In this document: positions 56,307 through 64,000 of the stretch, piece after piece
How the letters are laid out: every line of letters starts with the position of its first letter
Numbering within the stretch: position 1 is the stretch's first letter
Virus record (IMG/VR): IMGVR_UViG_3300021185_002143
Span: 2,221 to 66,220 of that record
Direction: 5' to 3' (one strand)
DNA from: a virus
Taxonomy: Duplodnaviria; Caudoviricetes
DNA length: 64,000 bases
Position numbers and translations under genes: made by a program
Notes under the pieces: model-generated
Seen by the model: only the letters and a program-made list of their open reading frames with translations
Databases searched by the model: none
What the model was told of the DNA's origin: nothing

Positions 56307-57044
56307 ATGCGAACCAAACTACCTAAGCTCAGCCAATCCTACTTACTGCATGAAGATGCTAATGTCTTCATCGTCGCATCATCCAAATCATCTAACGTCA
56401 AGACAGGTGACATGATCCAGATCTGGATACTCGATAACACCAGACACCCAGTAGACTCAAGACGAGACAAGCACGATGCATTGAACCAATGCAAAGGATG
56501 TGTCCTAGCTAGTGGCAATGGTTGTTATGTCAACGCCAATCCACTATCAGCAATCTACCGCAAGCACAAGTCCGACAACCCATACCCCCAACTTGTCGCT
56601 GGTTCATTGGAGTTCCGTAGGTTCTTCTCTGGTAAGAAGGTGCGGTTCGGTGCATATGGAAACCCTAGCATGATTCCTTTACCCTTAACCCAGAGCATTG
56701 CAAAGCTGGCATCCAAGTGGACTGGATACTTCCACGACTGGCACATGATGTCACCAGATGATGCCCGTGCTTATGGCAAATACTTCATGGCATCCTGCGA
56801 GTCTACCAATTACCAAGATGCACAAGCACTAGGACTCCGCACCTTCACCACAGTAGTCAACACCCCAGACGACAAGCAGACTGGTATGGAATGCCTAGCT
56901 GATAGCCATGATATGCAATGTGCAGAGTGTGGTCTGTGTGATGGCACGAACCGCAGAGATGGCAAGCTACCCAATGTATGGATCAAGGTGCATGGATACC
57001 AGACCAAGAAAGCATCCGTAGCTACTACCAAATCTGCAATATGA
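56307..57044 (+). CDS. Cys-rich Fe-S / radical-SAM-like phage protein; stop inside repeat copy 5
   Basis: SNVKTGDM, CKGC......CYV, VRFGAYGNP, TGYFH.W, MASCE, C..CGLC. Confidence 0.6.
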   Translation: MRTKLPKLSQSYLLHEDANVFIVASSKSSNVKTGDMIQIWILDNTRHPVDSRRDKHDALNQCKGCVLASGNGCYVNANPLSAIYRKHKSDNPYPQLVAGSLEFRRFFSGKKVRFGAYGNPSMIPLPLTQSIAKLASKWTGYFHDWHMMSPDDARAYGKYFMASCESTNYQDAQALGLRTFTTVVNTPDDKQTGMECLADSHDMQCAECGLCDGTNRRDGKLPNVWIKVHGYQTKKASVATTKSAI

Positions 57045-57103
57045 TATTTCAACTACCCCTTAAGGGGTAACAATGACTGTCCTACTTATACTAACGACAA
57101 CAC
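57035..57103 (+). repeat. Cassette-boundary element, copy 5
   Basis: Two substitutions relative to copy 4. Confidence 0.95.
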
Positions 57104-57123
57104 AAACCAAACCAAACCAAAGC

Positions 57124-57456
57124 ATGAACTATAATTTATTAGTAAACAACTACTCAGAAGAAACCCCCTGTATCGCAGTAATTAAAGATGTAAACCTTAA
57201 AGAATTAGATTCTTTTATATCCACATTGGAGTTAGTTCTTCAGGAGCATTATTGTGGTGGTAGTTCCGTAACATTTCCTAACGGATTCCCAGATTACATT
57301 TCATCAAAACCATTTCCAGTTTTCTGGGTTGATTTTCAAGTAGAAGAAGACAATGGAGATACTCTTTGGAATAGTCGAGTAGAGATTTCTTGTATAGCTA
57401 TCTATGATTGCCCATCGAATGATGATCCAGAATTAGATAAGCTAAACATGGATTGA
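57124..57456 (+). CDS. Hypothetical protein (AT-rich cassette)
   Basis: Likely start MNYNLL; visibly more A/T-ending codons than neighbours. Confidence 0.6.
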   Translation: MNYNLLVNNYSEETPCIAVIKDVNLKELDSFISTLELVLQEHYCGGSSVTFPNGFPDYISSKPFPVFWVDFQVEEDNGDTLWNSRVEISCIAIYDCPSNDDPELDKLNMD

Positions 57457-57475
57457 CTAACCCCCGAACACAATC

Positions 57476-57544
57476 TGCAATATGATATTTCAACTACCCC
57501 TTAAGGGGTAAGAATGACTGTCCTACTTATACTAACGACAACAC
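57476..57544 (+). repeat. Cassette-boundary element, copy 6
   Basis: One substitution relative to copy 4; leader identical through to ATG. Confidence 0.95.
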
Positions 57545-57559
57545 AAACCAAACATTACC

Positions 57560-57730
57560 ATGACTAAAGAACATAAGTGCGATGCTATCGCCAGACACGA
57601 AGCCAGCATTGCGACCGAGCTTGAAGTATACAACCTCCTCATTGATGGGTGTCCCGCCCTCATCGACATGAAAGATGAAGAGATAGATCAACTCATGTCA
57701 GACTACAACATCCCAACCCAAACCAAATAG
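57560..57730 (+). CDS. Small hypothetical protein (below ORF cutoff)
   Basis: MTKEHKCDAIARHEAS...NIPTQTK. Confidence 0.55.
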   Translation: MTKEHKCDAIARHEASIATELEVYNLLIDGCPALIDMKDEEIDQLMSDYNIPTQTK

Positions 57731-57734
57731 AACC

Positions 57735-57953
57735 ATGAGATATATACTAGACATCGCTCAAACAAATGAGACACCCGCCAACTACGCCAAGAAGTTCATG
57801 CAAGATTTCTGTGAGACAATGGAGGATCACATCGTCACCATCGTGTGCATTGATGAGACTAATGACAACCAGTTTCACAATGACCCTACCAAGAATACGC
57901 TGACTGATACACAACTTCAGCGTTACTCTGACTACTGCCATCGTGAAGACTAA
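57735..57953 (+). CDS. Hypothetical protein
   Basis: 72 aa. Confidence 0.55.
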   Translation: MRYILDIAQTNETPANYAKKFMQDFCETMEDHIVTIVCIDETNDNQFHNDPTKNTLTDTQLQRYSDYCHRED

Positions 57954-58080
57954 ACCCAAACCAAACCAATAATATGCAATACAGTGACCATATGATACCC
58001 ATCATCGAGATACGTAAAATATTAGAATCATTAAACCAAACCCAAACCAAATAGAAACCAAACCTATACCAAATAAACAT

Positions 58081-58311
58081 ATGCAAGTAAAACTAATGAC
58101 CCATGGATGGGGAGACAATGATCTACCCATCGACTCCGACAACCAAGTGCTACCATCCCATGTCAATGACGTAGCATTACGTGATGTGGTATTCAATGCG
58201 AAGCAACCCGACTCATTGGATGACAGTAACTTCAACCTGTTCATCTGGGTCGGGGATAGTGGCTGGCTCGTTCAGTCTGCTGACTTTGAGTTCGTAACAT
58301 TTACACCATAA
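58081..58311 (+). CDS. Hypothetical protein
   Basis: 76 aa after an A/C-rich leader. Confidence 0.55.
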   Translation: MQVKLMTHGWGDNDLPIDSDNQVLPSHVNDVALRDVVFNAKQPDSLDDSNFNLFIWVGDSGWLVQSADFEFVTFTP

Positions 58312-58315
58312 CCAA

Positions 58316-58549
58316 ATGAAAACAATAATACATGTAAACCAGCACACCATCCGTGCCAACAGCAAGACAGGTGAGCGCAACCCAGTGCTTACTTGCAAGA
58401 CATACAAGTCCAATGACTACGCCAAGCGTGTCGAGATCCTCGATGATGATGGCGAGGTGACTGCGACTGTGGTCTATAGCCCAGACAAACCACTATCATG
58501 TGGTGCTAAAGTCTGGATCGAAACACAGCAACCTGTAACACTCTCCTAA
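58316..58549 (+). CDS. Conserved phage hypothetical protein
   Basis: IHVNQH.IRAN.K.G...PVLT.K....N.Y....VVYSPDKPLSCGAKVWIET. Confidence 0.75.
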   Translation: MKTIIHVNQHTIRANSKTGERNPVLTCKTYKSNDYAKRVEILDDDGEVTATVVYSPDKPLSCGAKVWIETQQPVTLS

Positions 58550-58574
58550 AATAATATAAAATAGTGATTGCCAA

Positions 58575-58596
58575 ATGGCTGTCCTACTTATACTAA
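58575..58596 (+). repeat. Partial cassette-boundary element (3' half only)
   Basis: atggctgtcctacttatactaa. Confidence 0.75.
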
Positions 58597-58655
58597 TACT
58601 CAACACCCCCTCACTAACCACAACAAACAACAAACAACAAACACAAACAAACATT

Positions 58656-59705
58656 ATGTCCCACGAAATAACAAACATCGACTCCGTCCTCGTCCCTAAT
58701 CACTCCAAGTATGCTGCATGGCATGGTCTTGAGAAGCGTGTCGGGGATAGCATCCACCTCTCTGACGTAGAGGAACACGGACTACACCCTCAGATTGTAG
58801 AGGGAACTGTAACTGCTGGCATTGCTGGTCAGCAGGTAACCCTCAAGGATTACAAAAGCCTCTGCGCTTTGACCAACCTAGGTGAACTCCACCCCCTGCA
58901 CATTAGTGGCAACCGCTACTCTGTCATCCAGAACCGAGACGTTTGGAAGGCTATGTCTACTGCCTTCCAAGGTGTTGACATGGACTACAAGCTGACCTGT
59001 GTCGGCACACTATGTGGTCTACGTAGATACTTTATCTCAGTTGAGGTAGGTGATGCTGGTGGTTTCTCTGTCAATGGCGACAAGTTCCACGGCAACATTA
59101 ACTTCGTGACCAGTCACGATGGGTCACTTGCCTTCCGAGCCTACGACTCCATGATCAGGATTGTGTGTAACAACACACTCAACTGGTCAGTCGAAGGTGA
59201 GAAGAACATTGACTTCAAGGTATACCACAAGGGTGATGCCAAGGTAGCTTGTCATCAGCTGGGTAAGTATCTCAATGATGTCCTACAAGGTAGGTCTATC
59301 TTCACCGAGAAGATGGAAGAGCTTGCCTCGTTCCAAGTGAGGAACGCAGACATCGAAGCTGTGGTCGGAGGCTACTTCATCAACAAGGCACACGACCGAG
59401 GTGAGAAGCTCGAGACATTCAGCACCCGAACACTCAACCAAGTGCAGGGCATTGCTGACCTAGCCCGACATGGTCGAGGCAACCAAGGACGTAACATGTA
59501 TGATGTCCTCAATGGTGCGACCGAGTTCTGGACCAGCGGTGATGGTGTAGGTAAGTCTACCACCCAAGGACGTAGAGCATTCAGCTCTGAGTTTGGCACA
59601 GGTGCTGACCGCAAGCAGGAGTTCTCCCGCTACCTCATCAAGGGTAACTACGAACCATCCGCTGACGAAGCACAGCGTGTGCTGAATGCTACCCTCGCTG
59701 GATAA
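58656..59705 (+). CDS. DUF932 / TIGR03299-like protein
   Basis: AWHGL, Y.VIQN, SHDGS......IRIVCNNTL, NGATEF. Confidence 0.85.
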   Translation: MSHEITNIDSVLVPNHSKYAAWHGLEKRVGDSIHLSDVEEHGLHPQIVEGTVTAGIAGQQVTLKDYKSLCALTNLGELHPLHISGNRYSVIQNRDVWKAMSTAFQGVDMDYKLTCVGTLCGLRRYFISVEVGDAGGFSVNGDKFHGNINFVTSHDGSLAFRAYDSMIRIVCNNTLNWSVEGEKNIDFKVYHKGDAKVACHQLGKYLNDVLQGRSIFTEKMEELASFQVRNADIEAVVGGYFINKAHDRGEKLETFSTRTLNQVQGIADLARHGRGNQGRNMYDVLNGATEFWTSGDGVGKSTTQGRRAFSSEFGTGADRKQEFSRYLIKGNYEPSADEAQRVLNATLAG

Positions 59706-59762
59706 CCATGAACCATGAACCCCGAACCCTGTCTCCTGTATCGGGAGGCAGGGTCAACCAAC

Positions 59763-59831
59763 TGCAATATGATATTTCAACTACCCCTTAAGGGGTAATA
59801 ATGACTGTCCTACTTAGACTAACGACAACAC
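59763..59831 (+). repeat. Cassette-boundary element, copy 7
   Basis: tgcaatatgatatttcaactaccccttaaggggtaataatgactgtcctacttagactaacgacaacac. Confidence 0.95.
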
Positions 59832-59846
59832 AAACCAAATAAACAT

Positions 59847-60413
59847 ATGAAACCTAAATTAATAACAGCAGACAATTCCTACCTCAAGTTCGAGGGAACA
59901 TCAGACCAAGCGTTCGACTTCATCGACGCAATGGCACAACTAGATGCCTCGAAAAACATGAGCGACTTGGTATTCAATATCGAAGTTGCCCTGCAACGGG
60001 AAGGATTTCTTGATGAAGACTTCAACCGAGTTGATGATACACTCAGCTACCCATTCGAGGATGGTGACACCTTCTACACAATCGAGAATGGTCTAGTCAT
60101 TGAGTCGGTGTGGGACGAACAAGCCGAAGAGGTGCATGATGATAATCCAGATTGTGTCTACTACAAATGCCACGGTGATGCAGTGCACGAACACAAGGCA
60201 CAGCTACTTGAGTTCCTATCCAACAACCTCCGAGCTGACTACTTCAAAGACCAGAGCAACCTGTATCAAAGTGCCATCAACTACATCACCTCAACTGAGA
60301 GCACTCTATGCTCCAACTGTGGACACGACCTAGGCTATGGCTACATGAACTGTGGTGCTGGCATAGCAGGGGACTGCCCAGAATGTGGTCACAACAATAA
60401 GCAACTACATTAA
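59847..60413 (+). CDS. Acidic protein with C-terminal Zn ribbon
   Basis: CSNCG...CPECG. Confidence 0.65.
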   Translation: MKPKLITADNSYLKFEGTSDQAFDFIDAMAQLDASKNMSDLVFNIEVALQREGFLDEDFNRVDDTLSYPFEDGDTFYTIENGLVIESVWDEQAEEVHDDNPDCVYYKCHGDAVHEHKAQLLEFLSNNLRADYFKDQSNLYQSAINYITSTESTLCSNCGHDLGYGYMNCGAGIAGDCPECGHNNKQLH

Positions 60414-60419
60414 AACATC

Positions 60420-60620
60420 ATGATCTTTACATACTGTATCATCTTACTGATCACTACATACCTAGGTTCTGTAGCATTATCAATCGCCACCCAAAGCCAC
60501 GATGGCAAGCCAGACTTATGGATCGCACTCATTGACGCATGGGTCACAACCATCAGCATCATCGTCGGACTCGGTGTGGTGTGGGTTACAATCTCTGGCG
60601 TGTTCCTCTTGGTTTCATAA
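60420..60620 (+). CDS. Small two-TM membrane protein
   Basis: Two hydrophobic stretches. Confidence 0.55.
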   Translation: MIFTYCIILLITTYLGSVALSIATQSHDGKPDLWIALIDAWVTTISIIVGLGVVWVTISGVFLLVS

Positions 60621-60633
60621 CACACTAAACACT

Positions 60634-60870
60634 ATGACAAACAACATAAACATACGAGGCTGGATCATAACAGCCGAGCCCTACTCCGATCCCAAAGTCC
60701 TCATCGACATCGAGTCACCATGCGGTAAGTATGGATCGAGCCTAGCCCTAGCCGAAGACACAGGTAGTGTGGAAGATTACCACACCCTGTCTAAAACAAA
60801 AGCTGTGCCTACCTCTGTGTTGAGGAGAGCACAAGAAATAGAAGAAACATATTACAACCAAACCAAATAG
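60634..60870 (+). CDS. Hypothetical protein
   Basis: Likely start MTNNIN. Confidence 0.55.
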   Translation: MTNNINIRGWIITAEPYSDPKVLIDIESPCGKYGSSLALAEDTGSVEDYHTLSKTKAVPTSVLRRAQEIEETYYNQTK

Positions 60871-60883
60871 AACAAACACCAAT

Positions 60884-61093
60884 ATGAAAGAGATTATATA
60901 CACAATTGATTGGGTCAACAAGCTGGGTGCACACTACAGGCACCACACCGACAGTCTAGAAACTGTGGGTGCTAACTTGCTCACCCGATACAAGTCTAGG
61001 CAAACAGCAACTGCCAAAGATGACAAGGGAGTAGTCATTGGACGAGCATGGAAAGACGAGAGAGCATGGAACTGGTATCTAGACCAGCAATAA
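60884..61093 (+). CDS. Hypothetical protein
   Basis: 69 aa in the early gene run. Confidence 0.55.
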   Translation: MKEIIYTIDWVNKLGAHYRHHTDSLETVGANLLTRYKSRQTATAKDDKGVVIGRAWKDERAWNWYLDQQ

Positions 61094-61108
61094 TAACCAA
61101 CCAAACAT

Positions 61109-61438
61109 ATGACAAATATACCAGTAACACCAACAGATACCTACAACCTACTCATAGATTATCCTATGACCACCCCACCCACAGTTGCTGTGCTCCGAGA
61201 CCTAGTATGCTCTGACCCTAGCCCGCTGAGGCAAAAGCTAACGACTGCACTGATTAATTTCTTTGAAGCTGATGACGCCACCTTCGGAGACATAGAGTCA
61301 TCCTACCCATGTACTGTGGCCTTTGAAGTTAGCGGGGATGAGCAACCTTGGTGGTTTGACGCAGGTCTTGACCAGTGCGACGGAACCCCCAACCAGTGGA
61401 GAGGCGAGGTGATCCTTGACTATGTTCCTACTTACTAA
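61109..61438 (+). CDS. Hypothetical protein
   Basis: 109 aa. Confidence 0.55.
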   Translation: MTNIPVTPTDTYNLLIDYPMTTPPTVAVLRDLVCSDPSPLRQKLTTALINFFEADDATFGDIESSYPCTVAFEVSGDEQPWWFDAGLDQCDGTPNQWRGEVILDYVPTY

Positions 61439-61476
61439 CACCAACCAAACCAACAACACAAACCAATAGAAACACT

Positions 61477-61704
61477 ATGCAAGAATACACAAACAGATAC
61501 GGAATGACTTTTAAAGTCGGACAAGTAGGGACGTTGACAAGACGCTTCAAGATGCACGATGGGGAGAAGCTAACTATTACAGGCTTCACTCCAACGGGTC
61601 GATTCATGCACACAGAAAACGAGCGAGGCACAAGATACTCTTTCACTACCGAAAGTCAAATCCTTCGCGGATCTCACATGGGAAACTGTAAAATCACATT
61701 CTAA
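61477..61704 (+). CDS. Small beta-barrel-like hypothetical protein
   Basis: FKVGQ....LTITGFTPTGR. Confidence 0.55.
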   Translation: MQEYTNRYGMTFKVGQVGTLTRRFKMHDGEKLTITGFTPTGRFMHTENERGTRYSFTTESQILRGSHMGNCKITF

Positions 61705-61718
61705 CCCCAACCAAACAT

Positions 61719-61955
61719 ATGACAACAACACAAGTAACACTACCCATCCACATGATTGACATCGTGCGGTATAAGAACTGGACTGGCCTCACTGTGGCCC
61801 AACTCTTCCACGCTGGGAGACTAGGATCCAATGGTGCAGACAAGAAGAACATCGAACGCTTCGCCCTCCACATGCACCAACCTCGAGACCTCGACGAGCA
61901 CCATGCTCTCATGGCCTTGGCTAACGATGCATACGAATACCTACTTAACGAATAA
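61719..61955 (+). CDS. Hypothetical protein
   Basis: 78 aa. Confidence 0.55.
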   Translation: MTTTQVTLPIHMIDIVRYKNWTGLTVAQLFHAGRLGSNGADKKNIERFALHMHQPRDLDEHHALMALANDAYEYLLNE

Positions 61956-61959
61956 GACA

Positions 61960-62118
61960 ATGCAAGTAACCATAACAATAGATGCAACGAGTGAGCGCCA
62001 GCTTACTGACTCCCTAATGAAACTAGCCACCAACATATCTGATACGGATACTGGGTCATATGACCTGATGGATGGGTCATACCAGATCGAAGAAGCCAAC
62101 GTAGAAATACAACCATGA
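61960..62118 (+). CDS. Small hypothetical protein
   Basis: MQVTITIDA start. Confidence 0.5.
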   Translation: MQVTITIDATSERQLTDSLMKLATNISDTDTGSYDLMDGSYQIEEANVEIQP

Positions 62119-62498
62119 AACAACTAAGCAAACAAGAGATGGTCAATAAAATGACCACCCATATAAACTCCACTTACAACCTACTCAACACACTTGTTGA
62201 CCAGACCGACCCCGAAAGCATCCGTGCGCTATATGATAAGTACATAAACGATACGGAAGAAGAAGAAGAAGAGGAAATGTGGAGCGGATACCTGCCAACT
62301 AATCTGGAAGTACAGCTTGTCAGTCTAGGAGGTGAGTGGGCAGTCGATATCCGAGAGCGAGCCAAGCATGAAGATGATGCCGACCGTTGTCTGGACGGGT
62401 ATCTCTTCTTTCACTCTTATAAGGAAGCCCGAGCCCTGTATCACAAAGCAGTAGCCTATCACGTACACCACCCAGTCACAACCTTAGGAGAACTATAA
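62115..62498 (+). CDS. Hypothetical protein with poly-E linker
   Basis: 127 aa. Confidence 0.55.
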   Translation: MKQLSKQEMVNKMTTHINSTYNLLNTLVDQTDPESIRALYDKYINDTEEEEEEEMWSGYLPTNLEVQLVSLGGEWAVDIRERAKHEDDADRCLDGYLFFHSYKEARALYHKAVAYHVHHPVTTLGEL

Positions 62499-62500
62499 CA

Positions 62501-62764
62501 ATGATTACCCACGACGAAGATGCGGAGTGCACGACATATGTTATACACCTAGATGGTCAGGCAGGTAACAGCATGTATCTCCTAGGCATGGCACAGAAGT
62601 TTATGCGAGACCAGTATCAAGACAAAGACACCACGGACAACCTACTACTAGAGATGCAGGGCGGTGACTACCACCACCTCATCAAGACATTCGACAATGC
62701 ATTCGGCAACGATGTCACACTAGTGACTACTGACGAAGACATCCTAGCCCTCAACCACCTATGA
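62501..62764 (+). CDS. Conserved phage hypothetical protein
   Basis: I.LDG.AGN...LLG.A...M..GDY.HL..TFD..FG pattern. Confidence 0.65.
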   Translation: MITHDEDAECTTYVIHLDGQAGNSMYLLGMAQKFMRDQYQDKDTTDNLLLEMQGGDYHHLIKTFDNAFGNDVTLVTTDEDILALNHL

Positions 62765-62943
62765 TATATCTACTCCTACCCTGTATCCTGATTCCTCTAT
62801 CCTGTTACACGATCTATTACCTATGGGTCACGTATCATAATGATAAGTATCTATCCAAGCTGAGGCGTAAAGCTGACGCACAACTCAAGGACGACACACA
62901 CCGCACCTTCCTTCTCACCATACAAAACAAAACCAACAAATAA
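62761..62943 (+). CDS. Small single-TM protein
   Basis: Hydrophobic N-terminus, basic tail. Confidence 0.5.
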   Translation: MIYLLLPCILIPLSCYTIYYLWVTYHNDKYLSKLRRKADAQLKDDTHRTFLLTIQNKTNK

Positions 62944-62947
62944 AAAC

Positions 62948-63241
62948 ATGAAACTAGAAACACAAAAACTAAATGTAATCCGCAAGTTTGAATCCTCAGC
63001 TTACCAACGCATCAGCGTCAAGCAAGCCCTGTCATTATTCTACCTAGATGAGGACGACATCACAACCACCGCCCTCGCCAAGAGGGTGGGCGTAACAAGT
63101 GCTGCCGCTACTGGTATGGTGGACCGCATGGTGGACCGAGGCTTAGTAGTCAGGAACCGCAACCGCTCCGACCGAAGGGTCATTACTGTGCAGATCACCG
63201 ACCAAGGCCGAGGCGTAGTATCACGTATCATCAACTCCTAA
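62948..63241 (+). CDS. MarR-family winged-helix regulator
   Basis: LAKRVGVTSAAATGMVDRMVDRGLV.R.....DRRVITVQITDQG. Confidence 0.9.
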   Translation: MKLETQKLNVIRKFESSAYQRISVKQALSLFYLDEDDITTTALAKRVGVTSAAATGMVDRMVDRGLVVRNRNRSDRRVITVQITDQGRGVVSRIINS

Positions 63242-63277
63242 CTCAACCCAACCCACAACAAACCAAACTATAATATT

Positions 63278-63721
63278 ATGAAACCAACAAACAACAACAG
63301 CGTAACCACTATCCACCCTTATGTATACCACGGCGAGTGGGTCTTCGATGATGAGTCCCGTGGCCTAGACAAGGAAGCCTTTGTATCTGGGGCAGACTCT
63401 ATCATGGACATGCTATACCTCACCGCACAAGGAGCGACCGAAGCATTCATACCCGAGACAGGTCAGTTCAGTCTTAGGTTTTCTGATACCCGATTCAAAG
63501 GACACCATTATAAGTTTGACTGGGTCGAGGACAACGGCATGAAGTATGACGATGACCAATGGAATCATTATGTAGAGCACACTACAGGTATTAGTGGGTG
63601 GCTGTGCCCCGCTCTGCTAAGGTTCTTCCCTGACGCACCCCGTTGTATCTATGTTGAGGCTGTTAAGTATAGTGCTGGTCGAGCAGTCAGCGATGAAGTT
63701 TTGTCTGCCATACAAGATTAG
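63278..63721 (+). CDS. Conserved hypothetical protein (DUF6717-like)
   Basis: I.PY.Y.G.WVFDD...GL.KEAFV.GAD...GWLCPAL..FF..AP..IYV. Confidence 0.7.
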   Translation: MKPTNNNSVTTIHPYVYHGEWVFDDESRGLDKEAFVSGADSIMDMLYLTAQGATEAFIPETGQFSLRFSDTRFKGHHYKFDWVEDNGMKYDDDQWNHYVEHTTGISGWLCPALLRFFPDAPRCIYVEAVKYSAGRAVSDEVLSAIQD

Positions 63722-63732
63722 CACCTAGCATT

Positions 63733-64000
63733 ATGAGCAACAACAAAATGCCGAGGACGTCATTTGCTAAATCCTTGGGGGCACCAACCCCCAAGGATTA
63801 TGACCAACTAGTCCAACGTGCTAGTGAATTGTCTGGCATCTCGATGACCGATTTGCTATCATCAAAGCGCACCCAGAGGGTGAGTCAATGGAGACAATCT
63901 ATCTTCTTTGTGCTCCGCCACATGGGTGCTACCTTCCAAGAGATTGGAGCATACTTCAACAGGACACATGGCACCATCATTCATGGGTGCAATACCCTAG
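63733..64000 (+). CDS. DnaA domain IV-like HTH protein (partial; runs off window)
   Basis: Translated by hand: ...GISMTDLLSSKRTQRVSQWRQSIFFVLRHMGATFQEIGAYFNRTHGTIIHGC. Confidence 0.75.
   Translation, partial: MSNNKMPRTSFAKSLGAPTPKDYDQLVQRASELSGISMTDLLSSKRTQRVSQWRQSIFFVLRHMGATFQEIGAYFNRTHGTIIHGCNTL

Noticed and set aside
57073-57123. N-terminal extensions MTVLLILTT / MAVLLILIL as signal peptides (also at 58575)
   Set aside because: They come from the ATG inside the repeat element. In other copies this ATG is not in frame with the downstream gene, so the later ATGs are preferred.
54544-59831. CRISPR array interpretation of the early-region repeats
   Set aside because: Repeats are ~69 bp and the intervening segments are 0.3-2 kb and contain whole genes; there is no cas operon. 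The Cas4-like gene at 20001 is a typical replication-module exonuclease.
54544-59831. Canonical integron attC array
   Set aside because: The dyad reads GTTG...CAAC rather than RYYYAAC...GTTRRRY, and no tyrosine recombinase is in the window. Only the cassette logic is similar.

Overview
The window is part of a tailed dsDNA phage genome with a podovirus-like gene set; the host cannot be determined from the sequence. (i) 1-16347 (minus): large terminase, three probable internal virion proteins, and a giant ORF of more than 3,980 codons that runs off the left edge and is missing from the ORF track. It carries two zincin-like motifs and a GNAT-like domain. (ii) 16390-26116 (plus): replication module with an HTH/TerS candidate, RuvC-like resolvase, SF2 helicase, HNH-AP2 endonuclease, Cas4-like exonuclease, family A DNA polymerase and primase-helicase. 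(iii) 26091-54137 (minus): morphogenesis and lysis genes (portal, scaffold, major capsid, two tail fibres, repeat-rich tail protein, amidase, holins). Embedded among them are a glycosyltransferase, cytidylyltransferase, RmlD-like reductase and sulfotransferase, plus a 595-codon frame split by one in-frame TGA. (iv) 54647-64000 (plus): small early/accessory genes. The most striking structure is a ~69-bp palindrome-rich element, present as 7 full copies and 1 partial copy, that brackets 1-4-gene cassettes and supplies the stop codon of two unrelated genes. Other non-coding signals are a 42-bp inverted repeat, GNA-triloop hairpins at the strand switch, many apparently leaderless sigma70-type promoters, a duplicated promoter plus 9 codons, and a tandem motif upstream of the capsid gene. 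All functional calls come from motif recognition by eye; no searches were run.
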